A DNA stretch of 62,894 nucleotides, the filler included, from Sphacelaria rigidula (taxonomy: Eukaryota), in NCBI GenBank assembly GCA_964200075.2. It is 6 parts of 6 records of this genome, joined end to end, with 100 filler letters (N's around TTAATTAATTAA, not from the genome) between each part and the next. Parts side by side here need not be neighbours in the genome. Positions count along the whole stretch, not along the records: positions 20,999 to 31,397 come from CAXNAA020006571.1; positions 31,498 to 41,896 come from CAXNAA020006572.1; 4 more parts are not named here. One strand, 5' to 3'. Shown here piece by piece: positions 26,401 to 37,500 of this stretch; position 1 is the stretch's first letter, and each line of letters begins with the position of its first letter. The position numbers were made by a program, and so were the translations under genes. The notes beneath the pieces are model-generated. The model saw only the letters and a program-made list of their open reading frames with translations. It had not been told where the DNA came from and made no database searches.

Positions 26401-27945
26401 GGGCAAGGGCGAGGGCCTTGTTGGCGTGGAGGCGTTGACCGCCGTCTGGCAGTTCTATCGTCAATCCCTCGGTTGTCGCTGAGCAGATTTGCGTGTTGCA
26501 CGGTAGGTTGTAAAGTTGGCTGTATTTGTCGAATATCATGGTCGAAAGAACACGAGGGACGATCAACATGACGTGGGCGCCGGTACAGAGCACGCGTGGT
26601 GAGGCAGCGAGAACACGATACCAACAGATCGCCTTCCTTGTTTCTCGTTCGCCGAATAATCGTCCACTCATCCGGTGTCGTCGCCTTGAACTCTGCGGTT
26701 TTCCGAATGGCAGGTGATTGTGACTATCGTGACGGTGGAGATCTTCCGCCGGACCATCTCGATCGCCGACTCGAACCCCTTCCTGATCGGGGTCGTTAAT
26801 GGCCTGGTCGTCCCTCGCACGCCGGTCAGGCTCGCCACGTTCACTCCCGTGTTGAACCGGCGACAGAGGTTCCCGGTCGTCTGCACCAACACCAGAAACG
26901 TCTGCGTCGTCCAGCTGATCCTCTTCAACGAGGACTCTCGCACACCTGCGCCCGTGGTGATCCCAGCGCCGACCACGGCTCCCGTCACACCTGTGCCGAC
27001 CCCGTCACCGACTGCGGTCCCCGTCACCCCTGTGCCGACTCCGGCGCCGACCCTCGCCCCCGTCACCCCTGTGCCGTCTCCTGCGCCAACACCGGCGCCG
27101 ACCCCTGCCCCGACCCCTGTGCCGACTCCTGCGCCAACACCGGCGCCGACCCGTGCTCCAATCCCTGCGCCAACACCGGCTCAGACTCCTGCGCCAACAC
27201 CGGCGCCAACACCGGTGCCGACTCCTGCGCCGATTCCTATGCCAACACCGGCGCCGACCCCTGCGCCGACCCCTGCGCTGACCCGTGCGCCAACCCCTCC
27301 GCCAACCCCGGCGCCGATCCTGCGCCGACTTATGCTCCAACACCGGCGCCGACCCCTGCTCCGACCCCTGAGCCAATACCGGCTGCAACTCCCGCGCCGA
27401 CTCCTGCATCAACACCGACGCCGACCTCTGCGCCGACTCCTGCGCCGACCCCTGCGCCATCCCCGCACCCAACTCCTGCGCCAACTCCTGCGCCAACACC
27501 GAACCCGGCCCCTGCTCCGACCCCTGAGCCAACACCGGCTCCGACTCCTGCGCCAACTCCTGCGCCAACACCGACGCCGACCTCTGCGCCGACCCCTGCG
27601 CCGACCCCTGCGCCAACACCGGCGCCGAACCCTGCGTCGACCTCTGCGCCAACATGGGCGCCGACCCCTGCGCCAACACCGGCGCCGACCCCCGCGCCGA
27701 CCCCCGCGCCAACACCGGCGCCGACCCCCGCGCCAACACCGGCGCCGACCCCCGCTCCGACCCCTGTGCCAACACCGGCTCCGACTCCTGGGCCGACTCC
27801 TGCGCCAATACGGGCGCCGACTCCTGCGCCGACCCCTGCGCCAATCCCTGCGCTAACACCGGCGCCGATCCCTGCGTGGCCCTTTTCGTCAACACCGGCG
27901 CCGATCCCTGCGTGGCCCCCTGCGCCAACACCGGCGCCGACCTAA
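23485..27945 (+). CDS. Secreted Pro/Thr/Ala-rich (mucin/extensin-like) protein with Arg/Lys-rich segment; one frameshift at ~27319
   Basis: Phase-compatible exons: 23485-23575 (caacATG; signal-like [28 protein letters not shown]), 23851-23961, 24879-25034 ([27 protein letters not shown]...), 25329-25499 (TPAPTA repeats), 25728-25933 (Val-rich, ARRLTEA), 26714-27945 (Val/Ile-rich domain, then TPAP repeats). Restoring one C at ~27319 keeps the TPAP frame to TAA 27943-27945. Confidence 0.75.
25975..26340 (-). mobile_element. tRNA-derived SINE (intronic)
   Basis: Minus-strand head has degenerate A-box (ttgccgagtttgtaa) and B-box (gggttcgtatgcc). Body motif gtcacacaggagg(g/a)agg is shared with 32550-32845 and 60850-61120. 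Short (CA)n tail. Confidence 0.7.
26941..27942 (+). repeat. Coding minisatellite, 12-bp unit (acNccNgcgccR = TPAP)
   Basis: About 1 kb of degenerate 12-mers within the last exon of the secreted protein. Confidence 0.95.
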
Positions 27946-29659
27946 CCGACATACCGGCTTTTGCCGCGCGATTCCTCAAGTAGCAGTTTGTTGAATGTAT
28001 GAGAGATTATCTGGGTGGCCGGACGTCGCCGTGTGATTAGAATTTACGTCTGTCGATGTATCGCTGCCGTTGTAAGACGACCATCACTGTTTTCGTCGCC
28101 AGTGAGTTGCCCGCCACGACGTACTTCGGCGTGAATAAGTAGTGTGTAAGAAGTTGTTGGAAGAGTATTCCCGGTGACTGTGGCATGGTGTGGCTTATTT
28201 GCCATGCCGCCCGACGCGGAGGTGCGGTGAGCATAACTACTGGCGTAGTTCCCCCTTCGGGTAGACGGTGACAATATATCCCGGACGGGGTGGCACCGAT
28301 CTTGTTGAAAACACGTTTCCCAGGTGGTGATGGAGGAACACGTATTCGTACACGGTGTGGTCGGATGTGTGAGCGGGTGTTGGGTATCAAACTGACACTT
28401 GAAACATCTTGCCGTCACCGATGTTGTGAACATCTCGAAGCTCCACGGATCGATCCAGGAATTGTTCTCGATCCCAAGGCAGCATTGCGCCTCCCTTCCA
28501 GTCGCTAGGATGTGTAATGTTGATGTTTCAGCTTCCAGCCGTAATAATCAGGGGTCGACGTACCCATTAGCCCCACCTCCTTGTTGATACTTGTTTTCGA
28601 GTCTAGACCTTCGGCACTAGTATCGGCAATCTAAACAAGACACAAACGACTCTGAAGTCCTGGGACTTGTCTCATAATTCCTCATCCCCGAGCATGAGCT
28701 CACCACCGTTTTAGCGAGCTCTCAGAACAAGCATCTGCTAGCGAGGAGGCAAACACGCATACGAAAACCTCTCTGAAGTCCGAGGCTAATGAGCAAGATA
28801 CCTAGCGACGGTCATCGGTGCATATGGACAGCTGGCTGCTACCGAGGAGCCTTGCTAGAACTCTGTATGCAACAATATATCACGTCCGGTATACATGGGT
28901 GTCCATCCTACGCTAGGGCTGTGGGTCGGTTTGCCAATTGCTTGTAGTTGCCGCCTTGTCAGCGTTTTATGTTTGTCGTGAGTCTCACGGATAATATTAT
29001 CCGCCGCTCTGTCGGAGTACAGCACCGCACCTCCTCGCCGTCTCTCTAGCCAGCCGCATTTACAGCAATAAGGACTGTGGTAACATTGGAGCGTCCCACA
29101 TTGCGTGAACATTATGCTTTGTGTCGAGGCTGCATGCAGAACGTCGTTTGCGGGTACTGCTCGATAGACGAAGCGTGTTCCGGGCCACATCGAAGGTTGC
29201 TAGCGCACTACTTTGTCTGGTGTGTCGTCCACCTGCCCTCGTGCTCCGTGCACATCTTTTATGCGAGGGCGCACGAGCCTTGTCAATTCAAGCTGTACGC
29301 CAGGTTTGAGATCGGAAAGCCGAGCGCCAGTGCAAAGAGCCAAGATACTATAGCGAAGCAAATCAGACGTTACGCTCGCCCCTTCGTTCTGTACGCGTGG
29401 GTACTCGTGATGTGTCTAGTAACGCAATTCCCGCTCGTGTCCCGTCTCCAGCGGCCGCCGCGCGTTTTGTGGAGTTCCGACACGGTGTCTACGACCGCTC
29501 AACGCCCCATCCACCATTGATTTCTGTTTCGTTTGTGACGGTTCAGTTGAGGGTCAAGTGTGCAATGCCGTCGGGTGATACCGAAGGCAGAGCTGGATGC
29601 CTGTCGGGCTAGCTGTGAGCGACGGAGCTGACAGTCTTCCACACGTTGGGCAGGTCAGC

Positions 29660-30730
29660 GCCCTATAGCTCGAGCTAGCTCTTTTTGAGCGTAGCTCCCT
29701 AGTGAGCCATGAGAGCTACATGAGCTACGCACGTTTGCGACAGATGGGCCACCAACCCGTAGCTCATCAGCTCAGATTCGTCCTGGGTGAGCTATGAGAG
29801 CTGTATAAGCTACGCATGTTTCCCCTCGATCAGCTACCAATCCATAGCTCATCAGCTCAGATTCGTCCTGGGTGAGCTATGAGAGCTGCATGAGCTACGC
29901 ATGTTTGCCCCGGATGAGCTACGAGAGCTGCATGAGCTACATATGTTTGCCCCGGATGAGCTATGAGAGATGTATGAGCTACACATATTTGCTTTGGATG
30001 AGCTATGAGAGCTAGTATTGCTTATCCCTTTGACCGCGAGGGTAGGAGGCCTCTGAATCGGCATCATCCGCACCCGGAAAATCAAGTGAAATGTGCTGGT
30101 TTATCAGATCGCCAGCCCTCGTGGTCGAGGAACTAACCCCTTGACGATGAGCATACGTCATCTGTTGAATCTGCTCCAATTTCACTTGAATAATGCATGC
30201 ATGACCACATGGACTCGTACCCTCTCTGCCAACCGATCAAAATAACTGAATCGGTCGATGATTGTATACACATAATACTGATACTTTATTTAACCATCCG
30301 ACCAAGCAAACGAGGATATGTGTTGGCTTCTCTTCTTCCTATCGTGAAAAGTACATCGCAACCTGATGATATGTGGCGCCATCCTTTCGAACAAGAATGT
30401 TACGAAGTACATCATAAGCGACACGCGGGATCGGCCAGCGGTGAGCTAGGCATATGACGTGAGTGAGCCACGACCGTGTATCCCTGGGGTCAGCTGCCGG
30501 GCGTAGCTCATCCGCTCATGTTTTCACCGGGTGAGCTACAAGAGCTGCGTGAGCTACACATGTTTGCCGTGGGTGAGCTACCAACCCGTAGCTCATCAGC
30601 TTATATTCGTCCTGGGTAAGCTGTGGGAGCTGTATGAGCTACGCACGTTTGCGATATGTGAGCTACCAACCCGTAGCTCATCAGCTCAGATTCGCCCTGG
30701 GTGAGCTATGAGAGCTGAATGAGCTACGAA
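29660..30730. repeat. GAGCT-rich tandem arrays (~39-bp and ~83-bp units) in two blocks
   Basis: Unit ccaacccgtagctcatcagctcagattcgtcctgggtgagctatgagagctgtatgagctacgcatgttt recurs at ~29752, ~29837, ~30581 and ~30666. Blocks ~29660-30015 and ~30500-30730 flank MITE-containing DNA. Confidence 0.85.
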
Positions 30731-30867
30731 CAGCCGATTTTCAATTTTGGGGTTCAAAACTCAAATGGGGCTGAAGTCGCATTTCTCTATTGCAGGGAAG
30801 ATACGAAAGAGTAACACAGAGCGAAAGCATCTTCCCCCCCCAACCTCCGCAGGAGGACTTGACCGTC

Positions 30868-30970
30868 AGAACCCGAGAGTAGGTCACCTGCTAAATCGGC
30901 ATCAATATTCACTTGGAAAAAGTACACGCGTGGTCCAGATGGACTACGGGCACAGCGGTCCAAGGGTTAA
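30868..30970. mobile_element. TTAA MITE copy (piggyBac-like)
   Basis: gagagtaggtcacctgctaaatcggcatcaatattcacttgg...gcggtccaaggg-ttaa. Confidence 0.7.
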
Positions 30971-31397
30971 GCAACTCTGGCTAGGTGCACCCGACGAAAT
31001 GCGGTGTACACGCGTGTCGATGACGATATCACCAGAGAGGAGAGCAACGGCAGAGAGGAAGCTCCTCGCCCGTGCCCTTTGTGTGTCCCCGCTCGGTGAT
31101 TACCAAACTCTCGAGAGACTGGCATCCTTGATCTTACCAGCATGTGCCAATTTGTTCATATGCCAGAGCATCGACGTGCGGAGAAATTCCGTGTCTCTTC
31201 TCGCCTGTTGCCATCGCGAACATCGATTTCTCTCTGCCTCTCCTTTTGGACAGGACGTGCCTCTTTGCGCTGAAAACCATGTTGAGAAAATAGGGCAATG
31301 TTCCCGTCACCGCTACGACTGTTCTCTGTCGCACACATATGCCAGCAAGGACGGTGCTGCGGCAATAACAGGTAGATCCAATTTGAACTTAGGGGGG

Positions 31398-31497
31398 NNN
31401 NNNNNNNNNNNNNNNNNNNNNNNNNNNNNNNNNNNNNNNNNTTAATTAATTAANNNNNNNNNNNNNNNNNNNNNNNNNNNNNNNNNNNNNNNNNNNN
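31398..31497. other. Artificial linker
   Basis: 44N-TTAATTAATTAA-44N. Confidence 0.98.
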
Positions 31498-32227
31498 ATC
31501 CCTTTCGAGACGGAGCACCGTTCCTACTCCTAATAGAGACACCTCCAACATTCTGGCGCTCATTACTTTTTTGAGGGGGGGAGGGGGGGGGTAAGGTGGG
31601 GGGGGACCCAGCCGTGTGTCCCCTGGTTTATTGCCGAGGCGTTGGCAAATGCGGCCAGCTGCCGTGGGCAGTAGATATCCTTATACATATATTATATAAC
31701 ATATTCTATACACTATATTCTATACAATATTTTATATAATGTATAATATGGTATACATATTGTATGTACATGTATCATTTCGCATTCTTCACCACTTTTG
31801 CCGAGTTTTCTCTGGCTGAAGGGCATTTTAGCCTGCGCTTTGTTGTGCAATGCACGAAGGAGGATCAGCGGTATATTACAGCTCAGGTTTGGGTGTCATC
31901 TGATACCTGTGGCGCGTGTTTTGGCCACCGAAAGTCGCCCACACTGGCTCTATTTCGCGGGGTGTTGATCCCGAATCACAAAAGCCTCCTCGAGATCGTG
32001 AAAAACTCTCAACAAGAACCCGAACCAAAGCAGCGTGTTCATGGCGGGGCATTTTTTTATCACAAACACAAGTCGGAACATCTGAAACACCTTCCTCTTC
32101 AGTTTTGACATGAAGCGTCTAATACCGCCATATCAAGGTCATGTGGGTCCCCGTTGTGCGAACTCAACAGTCCACAAAAGCATGTTCAAGAACATTAGTG
32201 AGAATAAGTTGAAAGAGGATATCGGTG

Positions 32228-32439
32228 TTCATCCTTCGACCGCGAGGGCAGATCACCTGCTGAATCGGCATCAATATTCACTTGAAAAGAGTATGCGTGA
32301 TTGAGATGGAGTACCGGCGCCGCGGTCCAAGGGTTAACCCTTCGACACCGAGAATAGGTCATGTGTTGAATCGGCATCAATTTCACTTGAAAAAAGTATG
32401 CATGATCGAGAAAGACTAACCTCGCGGTTCAAGGGTTAA
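32228..32439. mobile_element. Tandem pair of ~100-bp piggyBac-type MITEs sharing a TTAA
   Basis: Second unit 32334-32439 reads TTAA-CCCTTCGAC...GGTTCAAGGG-TTAA. First unit ends GTCCAAGGG at the same TTAA (32334-32337). Confidence 0.8.
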
Positions 32440-32549
32440 ACCGTAAACTCATGCGAACCGAACAGCCTTCATTGTTCTACGTCGAGGCCTCACGGGTCCT
32501 GTCAATTGGAAACTTATGACCACGAGGAAAGTTCCTCGGTTGTCGGCTA

Positions 32550-32845
32550 GGTTGTACTGTTGTGTCTGTAGCGTTCCATTTATTCTGGGCGCCAGTCTAT
32601 ACCTTTCGGTATACGTACTCGCACCAGCCGTGGCAGGTGGTCACACAGGAGGAAGGTCAACACATGAGCTTTTTCTTTTTGATTTGTATTTAGTACTTCA
32701 TCTTCCTTTTGTGTACCCACGACATAGTCGCTCTCCACCGTTGGGCATGGTGTGAGAAAAAATCCCAGACCGCTCCGAGATTTCAATCCACGACTCAACC
32801 ATCAGAAGGTGTCGAGGTTATCAACTGAGCGACTGGGGGTACCGG
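32550..32845 (-). mobile_element. tRNA-derived SINE copy
   Basis: Colinear with 25975-26340 (gtcacacaggaggaagg; gcatggtgtgaga; tcagaaggt(c/g)tcgaggtta). Confidence 0.7.
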
Positions 32846-33042
32846 CACTGCAAATGGAGATTTTGAGAGCTGTCTGTGTACCTTGGCAGCCACAGTGTTT
32901 TGAAAACGTCATCATGCAGCTGCTGTATTAGAGACTGACTGCATGCACCTGCTGTATTAGAGACATAGCCCTGCGTACAGGGCTGCACCTACCGTGCAAT
33001 GATATGCAGCATAAACACTTGAGTCTGGTAAAACGAATATCA

Positions 33043-34087
33043 CTGTAAAACAGCCTGGAATCGTTATTGAGGTTCAACATTTTTGTGAGGTTTAACGGAC
33101 GATCGAAATTTCATTTACTTTGTTCAAAAGGCTCGGGAGTCGCAAGCGGTTTCGACCATGTGCCCCTAACCCAGAAGTGTCTGCACGGCAGCGAAAGCAT
33201 GATGGCGTGCAGTCCAACCGAAAAGCCGCCCTTAATCATTGTGCCGCATCTATCGAGCAACCCTTGCGTCTAAGCGCTACGGAACACGTAACAAAGCATG
33301 CTGAGAACATACTTCTTTGGACTAGTCATCGAGTTTTCGAGCGCCTCTTGTTGTGTATGTGAGAGAGACTCCATACTGTTGCGCCGGCGACGACCGCCGT
33401 CAGCGAAACGATCCAATGCGGCGGCAGACGCCGACGGTCTTCGAAACGCAGTGTCATTCAGCAGTCTGCTGAGATATACCATCACCACAGCACAGCATCA
33501 CCACAGTACAGTGGTCAGTTGGATCAAATGGGTGCCCCACGATATAGCTGCAGACACACACAACGGGGCTAAGGGTTATCCGACGCCTGGGGTTGTTTCC
33601 CCAGTAGTGCCCATGCGAGGCGCTTCATCTAGTCTGAACCAGCTATCACGCCATGTATGACCACCTCCGCCGTGGCTGTGTTGAGAACCGGTTTCCCGGC
33701 GGAGCTGTTGAACAACACTACTGTCGTAGTGCAACGCGCTTCAAAATTTCGAGCCGTTTCTTTTGAATTAAAAAGCCGCGGCAGCTGTAGTTCAAAAGTC
33801 TCTTCTGACGGCCCCAAACGGGTGCTGATGCAGCGACGGAAAGCACTGGCACCGTCATCCTTAGATGGGATTTGAGACAACCTCAGCGTTAGAGTTAGAC
33901 CCCAAGGGAAGTCCGGAAATATCGGGTTGTTTTCTTGGAAAGCAGTCGTTCATTGTTGAACAGGTGTAAATTGTTCGAGCAAGTAAATTTCGGTTTTGAA
34001 CAGGGGAACATGTACTTACGATACCCCTGAATATTGTTCTACATATGTCATTCCGAGCGATGTTCACCAAATACCCCCGGAGTTGTC
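33043..34087. mobile_element. Second, non-palindromic copy of the 10500-11722 element
   Basis: 33043-33875 is the reverse complement of 11722-10890. 33880-34087 matches the spacer plus ttccgagcgatgttcaccaaataccc. Confidence 0.85.
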
Positions 34088-34561
34088 TGTTGGTATGGTT
34101 GGGTTGTAATATTTGTTGGCAATGGACAGCTTGTGTCCGTGGTCCAGGGATTTTGCTATGTGTCGGATTAGTGTGGGTGCAGGCAACGAGCGGTGAAAAG
34201 TGGCTGTCGTTGCCTATTTCCCTTTTTTCAGCATCAGCCTCCTGGAATCGCAACTGCTGTTCTTCCTGTCGGGGAGTTTGTATTGAAAAAAAGTTCGTGT
34301 GGTGTACGTTGTATATTGCATCCAAGCACTCAAATGGTGCGCATATCTTATTTCTTTTCTACATTGATGGCTTTGCCTACAGAGTCAGTTGCTGTCCTTG
34401 ACGGTGGTGCATCGCCTGCCTGAGATTCTGTGGATTGCCTGCGTAGACCTGATTTCGGCAACAGCCTGCCGGAGGACTGCGTAGTATGAGCTCCCGGACA
34501 CTCTATTTACGTGCCTCTTCCATTGGCGCATTGTGCTGTCGTATTTCCAATGCACAACCAG

Positions 34562-37500
34562 ATCTATCTAACCAGCGGAGCTCTGCAGCTTTTGGTCGTG
34601 GATCTGCTTAAGTTCCATAACGACATTTCTCATCGAGGAGAAGCGGTCTTCACCTGGCATGACGTCTTGTTGTGCCGGTTGCCTGGATGCGCAGTCCTCG
34701 TCGTCGCAACACATGCTGACGATTTCGACGGTGACGGTGCGCAAGTTGAGGCAGCTCGAAGTCTCCTGGAGAAGGAGGTTCGCAATCATTTGGAGCTCAA
34801 GTTCAAACAGCGTTCCGACCGCACTGAGCAGACAGCCCCGTCCCTCAATGTGTGCGGTGTCGTGGAGGCCTCCGGCTTGCGCAAGGAAGGCCTCGACCGT
34901 CTGCGAGATGAGATCTGCAGACTTTCCGTAAGAGAGGGCCTGTTCCCCAATGTTGGCCAAAAGGTCCCGAAGTCGTGGCGAAGAGTGTGGGCTATGGCGG
35001 CGGCCTTGCACGAGGGTGGGAAGCCTGCCCGGGCGGTACGGTCGTATGGCGAACCTGTCGTGCCCGATAAAGGGTATCGCAAGCACAACTTCGTCACCAA
35101 GGAGTCTGCACTGGAGACATGGTCGACGGTGGTAGAAGACCTTGAGCTCAAGGCGGAACTGAAAGGGCGCAAAGGAAAAAATCCCGCGGTCAAGAAAGCG
35201 GGGAAGACCCTGAAGGAGGTTTCTCGCCTTGGCAAGACGGCAGCAGCAGGGAAAATTCGGGAGTACGAAGAGCGCGTTCTTGTGGTGAGTGACGGGCATC
35301 ACGATGAAACCTCATGCCCGTGGAATCTGCCAGAGATCCCTCTCACTGGTACACATGCGGTTGAAATAGATGTAGGCATTCTTTCCAGTCTGCTGGCTAT
35401 CACCAAGGCTCCACGGTTAGGTCGCATAGTGTCCGTGAGTGTCGATTACCAGCCCCGTGTGTGTATGCGGCCAACAGGTTCCACGTGTATGAACGGGGAC
35501 TAATCCTACGGTTCGGCGAAGGGAGGGAGGGGGTGGGCGGGGGTTCGAGCCTCTTGTTGCACGGAGGAGTCTAGGTAGTCACCAAGAGTTTTCGGTGCAA
35601 GCGTCACACTTCATCTGAATGTTGCCCACATCGACCAACAATACTTTCGGCCGATAGACGCGCACAACCAATGTGAGGTCCTGTATTAAACTGGGGAACC
35701 CCATTTTTTCGTGCGGTCAAACGCGTCATCGCCCTAGAGCAGTATCATTCAAGACACCTTGTTGTATGGTCTTGCTCTCAGCATTGCGATGCTTCTCTCA
35801 CGCAGAGGGCATTCCTGGCATTTCATCTTTACATGATTGTCGCCATTTCTGCTCAACCCACAATTTGTACACGTTCCTGTATGCGAGCAGGATGCGCTGA
35901 ACATGCGGCATACGGGAGGCACCTTGCTGTTCGTTAACGACCTTATTCACTTGCACCCATGCTGGATAAATCGGCTACTCCGAAAACTCTTGGACCACCA
36001 GCCGGCGGAGGTCGAAGAGACGGAGAATTGGCGGCGTGACATGATGAATTACTGCAGTAATTCTAAGCTCAACTACGACGAGCAAGTAGACACCCACCGG
36101 AACTTCCTCATATCCGGGCGACTGTCGAAAGACTACCTCGGATTCCTGTGGCGAGATTTTCCGGATCTTGATCAAATGGTGCTTGGGCGCATTGTGGATA
36201 CGATGTCAACCTACGGTGCCATATTTCCGTGTGGGCCGAAGGGGAAGGAAACGACGGAGTTCGTGGTACCGGCGAGGTTACCCTGCACAGTGGCGGGTGA
36301 CACTCTTGACAAACTAAAGGAGGCCATATCTGGCGGAAATAGGGAACGATTCACCTTTCGGATTTTGGACAACTACGTACCGCCGGGCATCATCGCCCAA
36401 GTCATTGGGCGGTTTTATGGAGACCACGTCATCTTCCGAGCTTGCTGGAGCAAGGGGGCGTCGTTTTTCAAGGAGGGGAGGGAACATTTGATCTGTTTGT
36501 ATGAGCCCACCGACACTTCGCCGAAGACGAGGATTGAGATCACTATCGCGGGAGAAGACCCGGCGGCGCTTTCGGGCGCCGTGGTCGATGCGAAGGAAAA
36601 GTTCAGAAAGTTACTGCACGACTGTTACGAAGGTCTCCGGTTTGATGTACAGGATCTGCCAAATACCATGAAGGGGGTGGATGCTTGGCTGGACACGTTG
36701 GACGGGCTCCAGGAGCACCTTCAAAGCTGGATGACTAAGGTCAGCCGCGGCGCGTTTTTCATGTTGTTTTTCATGAAGCAGAGCCCCAACAGCCCATTCG
36801 AAGCCGATTGCTTGAGCCGGTTCTTGTGTTTAGATTTGATTTCCTTGGGATGTCCATATTCTGGGACGTTTGACAGCGCCCCCCTATAGTATAATGGGTA
36901 CGTACGAACGTGATGAAGCCAGTCAGGATTCAAATCACGGCCTGATTTGGTGGGGTTGGCGTGGAGTTTGTGCCAAGGTTAACGTGTATGTGTGTCGAGT
37001 TGAGCTAGTCGACAGTTTCTCTTGTCGTTTCAAAGGTGATGAGGGGCTTAAATTGAGGGGGTTAGGCACTGAGATTCTGAAACAGTTTTTGTTATCATCA
37101 GCACACGCAACGTTTTTGGGGATGCCAAAAAAAAAAACAGAAAGTTGGAGCGATTTGAAACTTCAGCAAAAACTAGAAAGTGGCAAGACTCCATGACGAA
37201 AAAAAAACGGCGCCATTCCCAGTCACGAGTACCTTACTTGCGCGCAGAATATCCTGGCAAAATTTCGGCCAAGAAGTCCGAAAATTGGGCACCGCTTGGA
37301 ACTTTGTGTGTCACACCGGTGCGCCCCGGAGGTCACGAGTTCGAATCCAGACATGACCGTTTTTTGTTTTCCGCAATCTGGTTTTCGTCGTTGAGGTAAT
37401 TTCGTCTACATAGGATTATTGTTTTTCGTTGAAGAAGGTCATTTCGGTACTTTCGCATGAGCTTCTGCCCCTCAAAGACGGGAAACTGTCTCTCTCGCCC

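Noticed and set aside
736..27945. Tyrosinase + secreted repeat protein as an adhesive gene cluster
   Set aside because: They lie on different artificially joined contigs, and the repeat protein is almost devoid of Tyr.
27005..27979. 324-aa minus-strand ORF (SAPVLAQG repeats) and 109-aa [11 protein letters not shown]
   Set aside because: These are shadow frames of the TPAP coding minisatellite.
30747..31445. 232-aa ORF
   Set aside because: It runs through a MITE and into linker Ns, with no recognisable domain.
34568..35302. 244-aa antisense ORF
   Set aside because: It is the antisense shadow of the ROCO exon.
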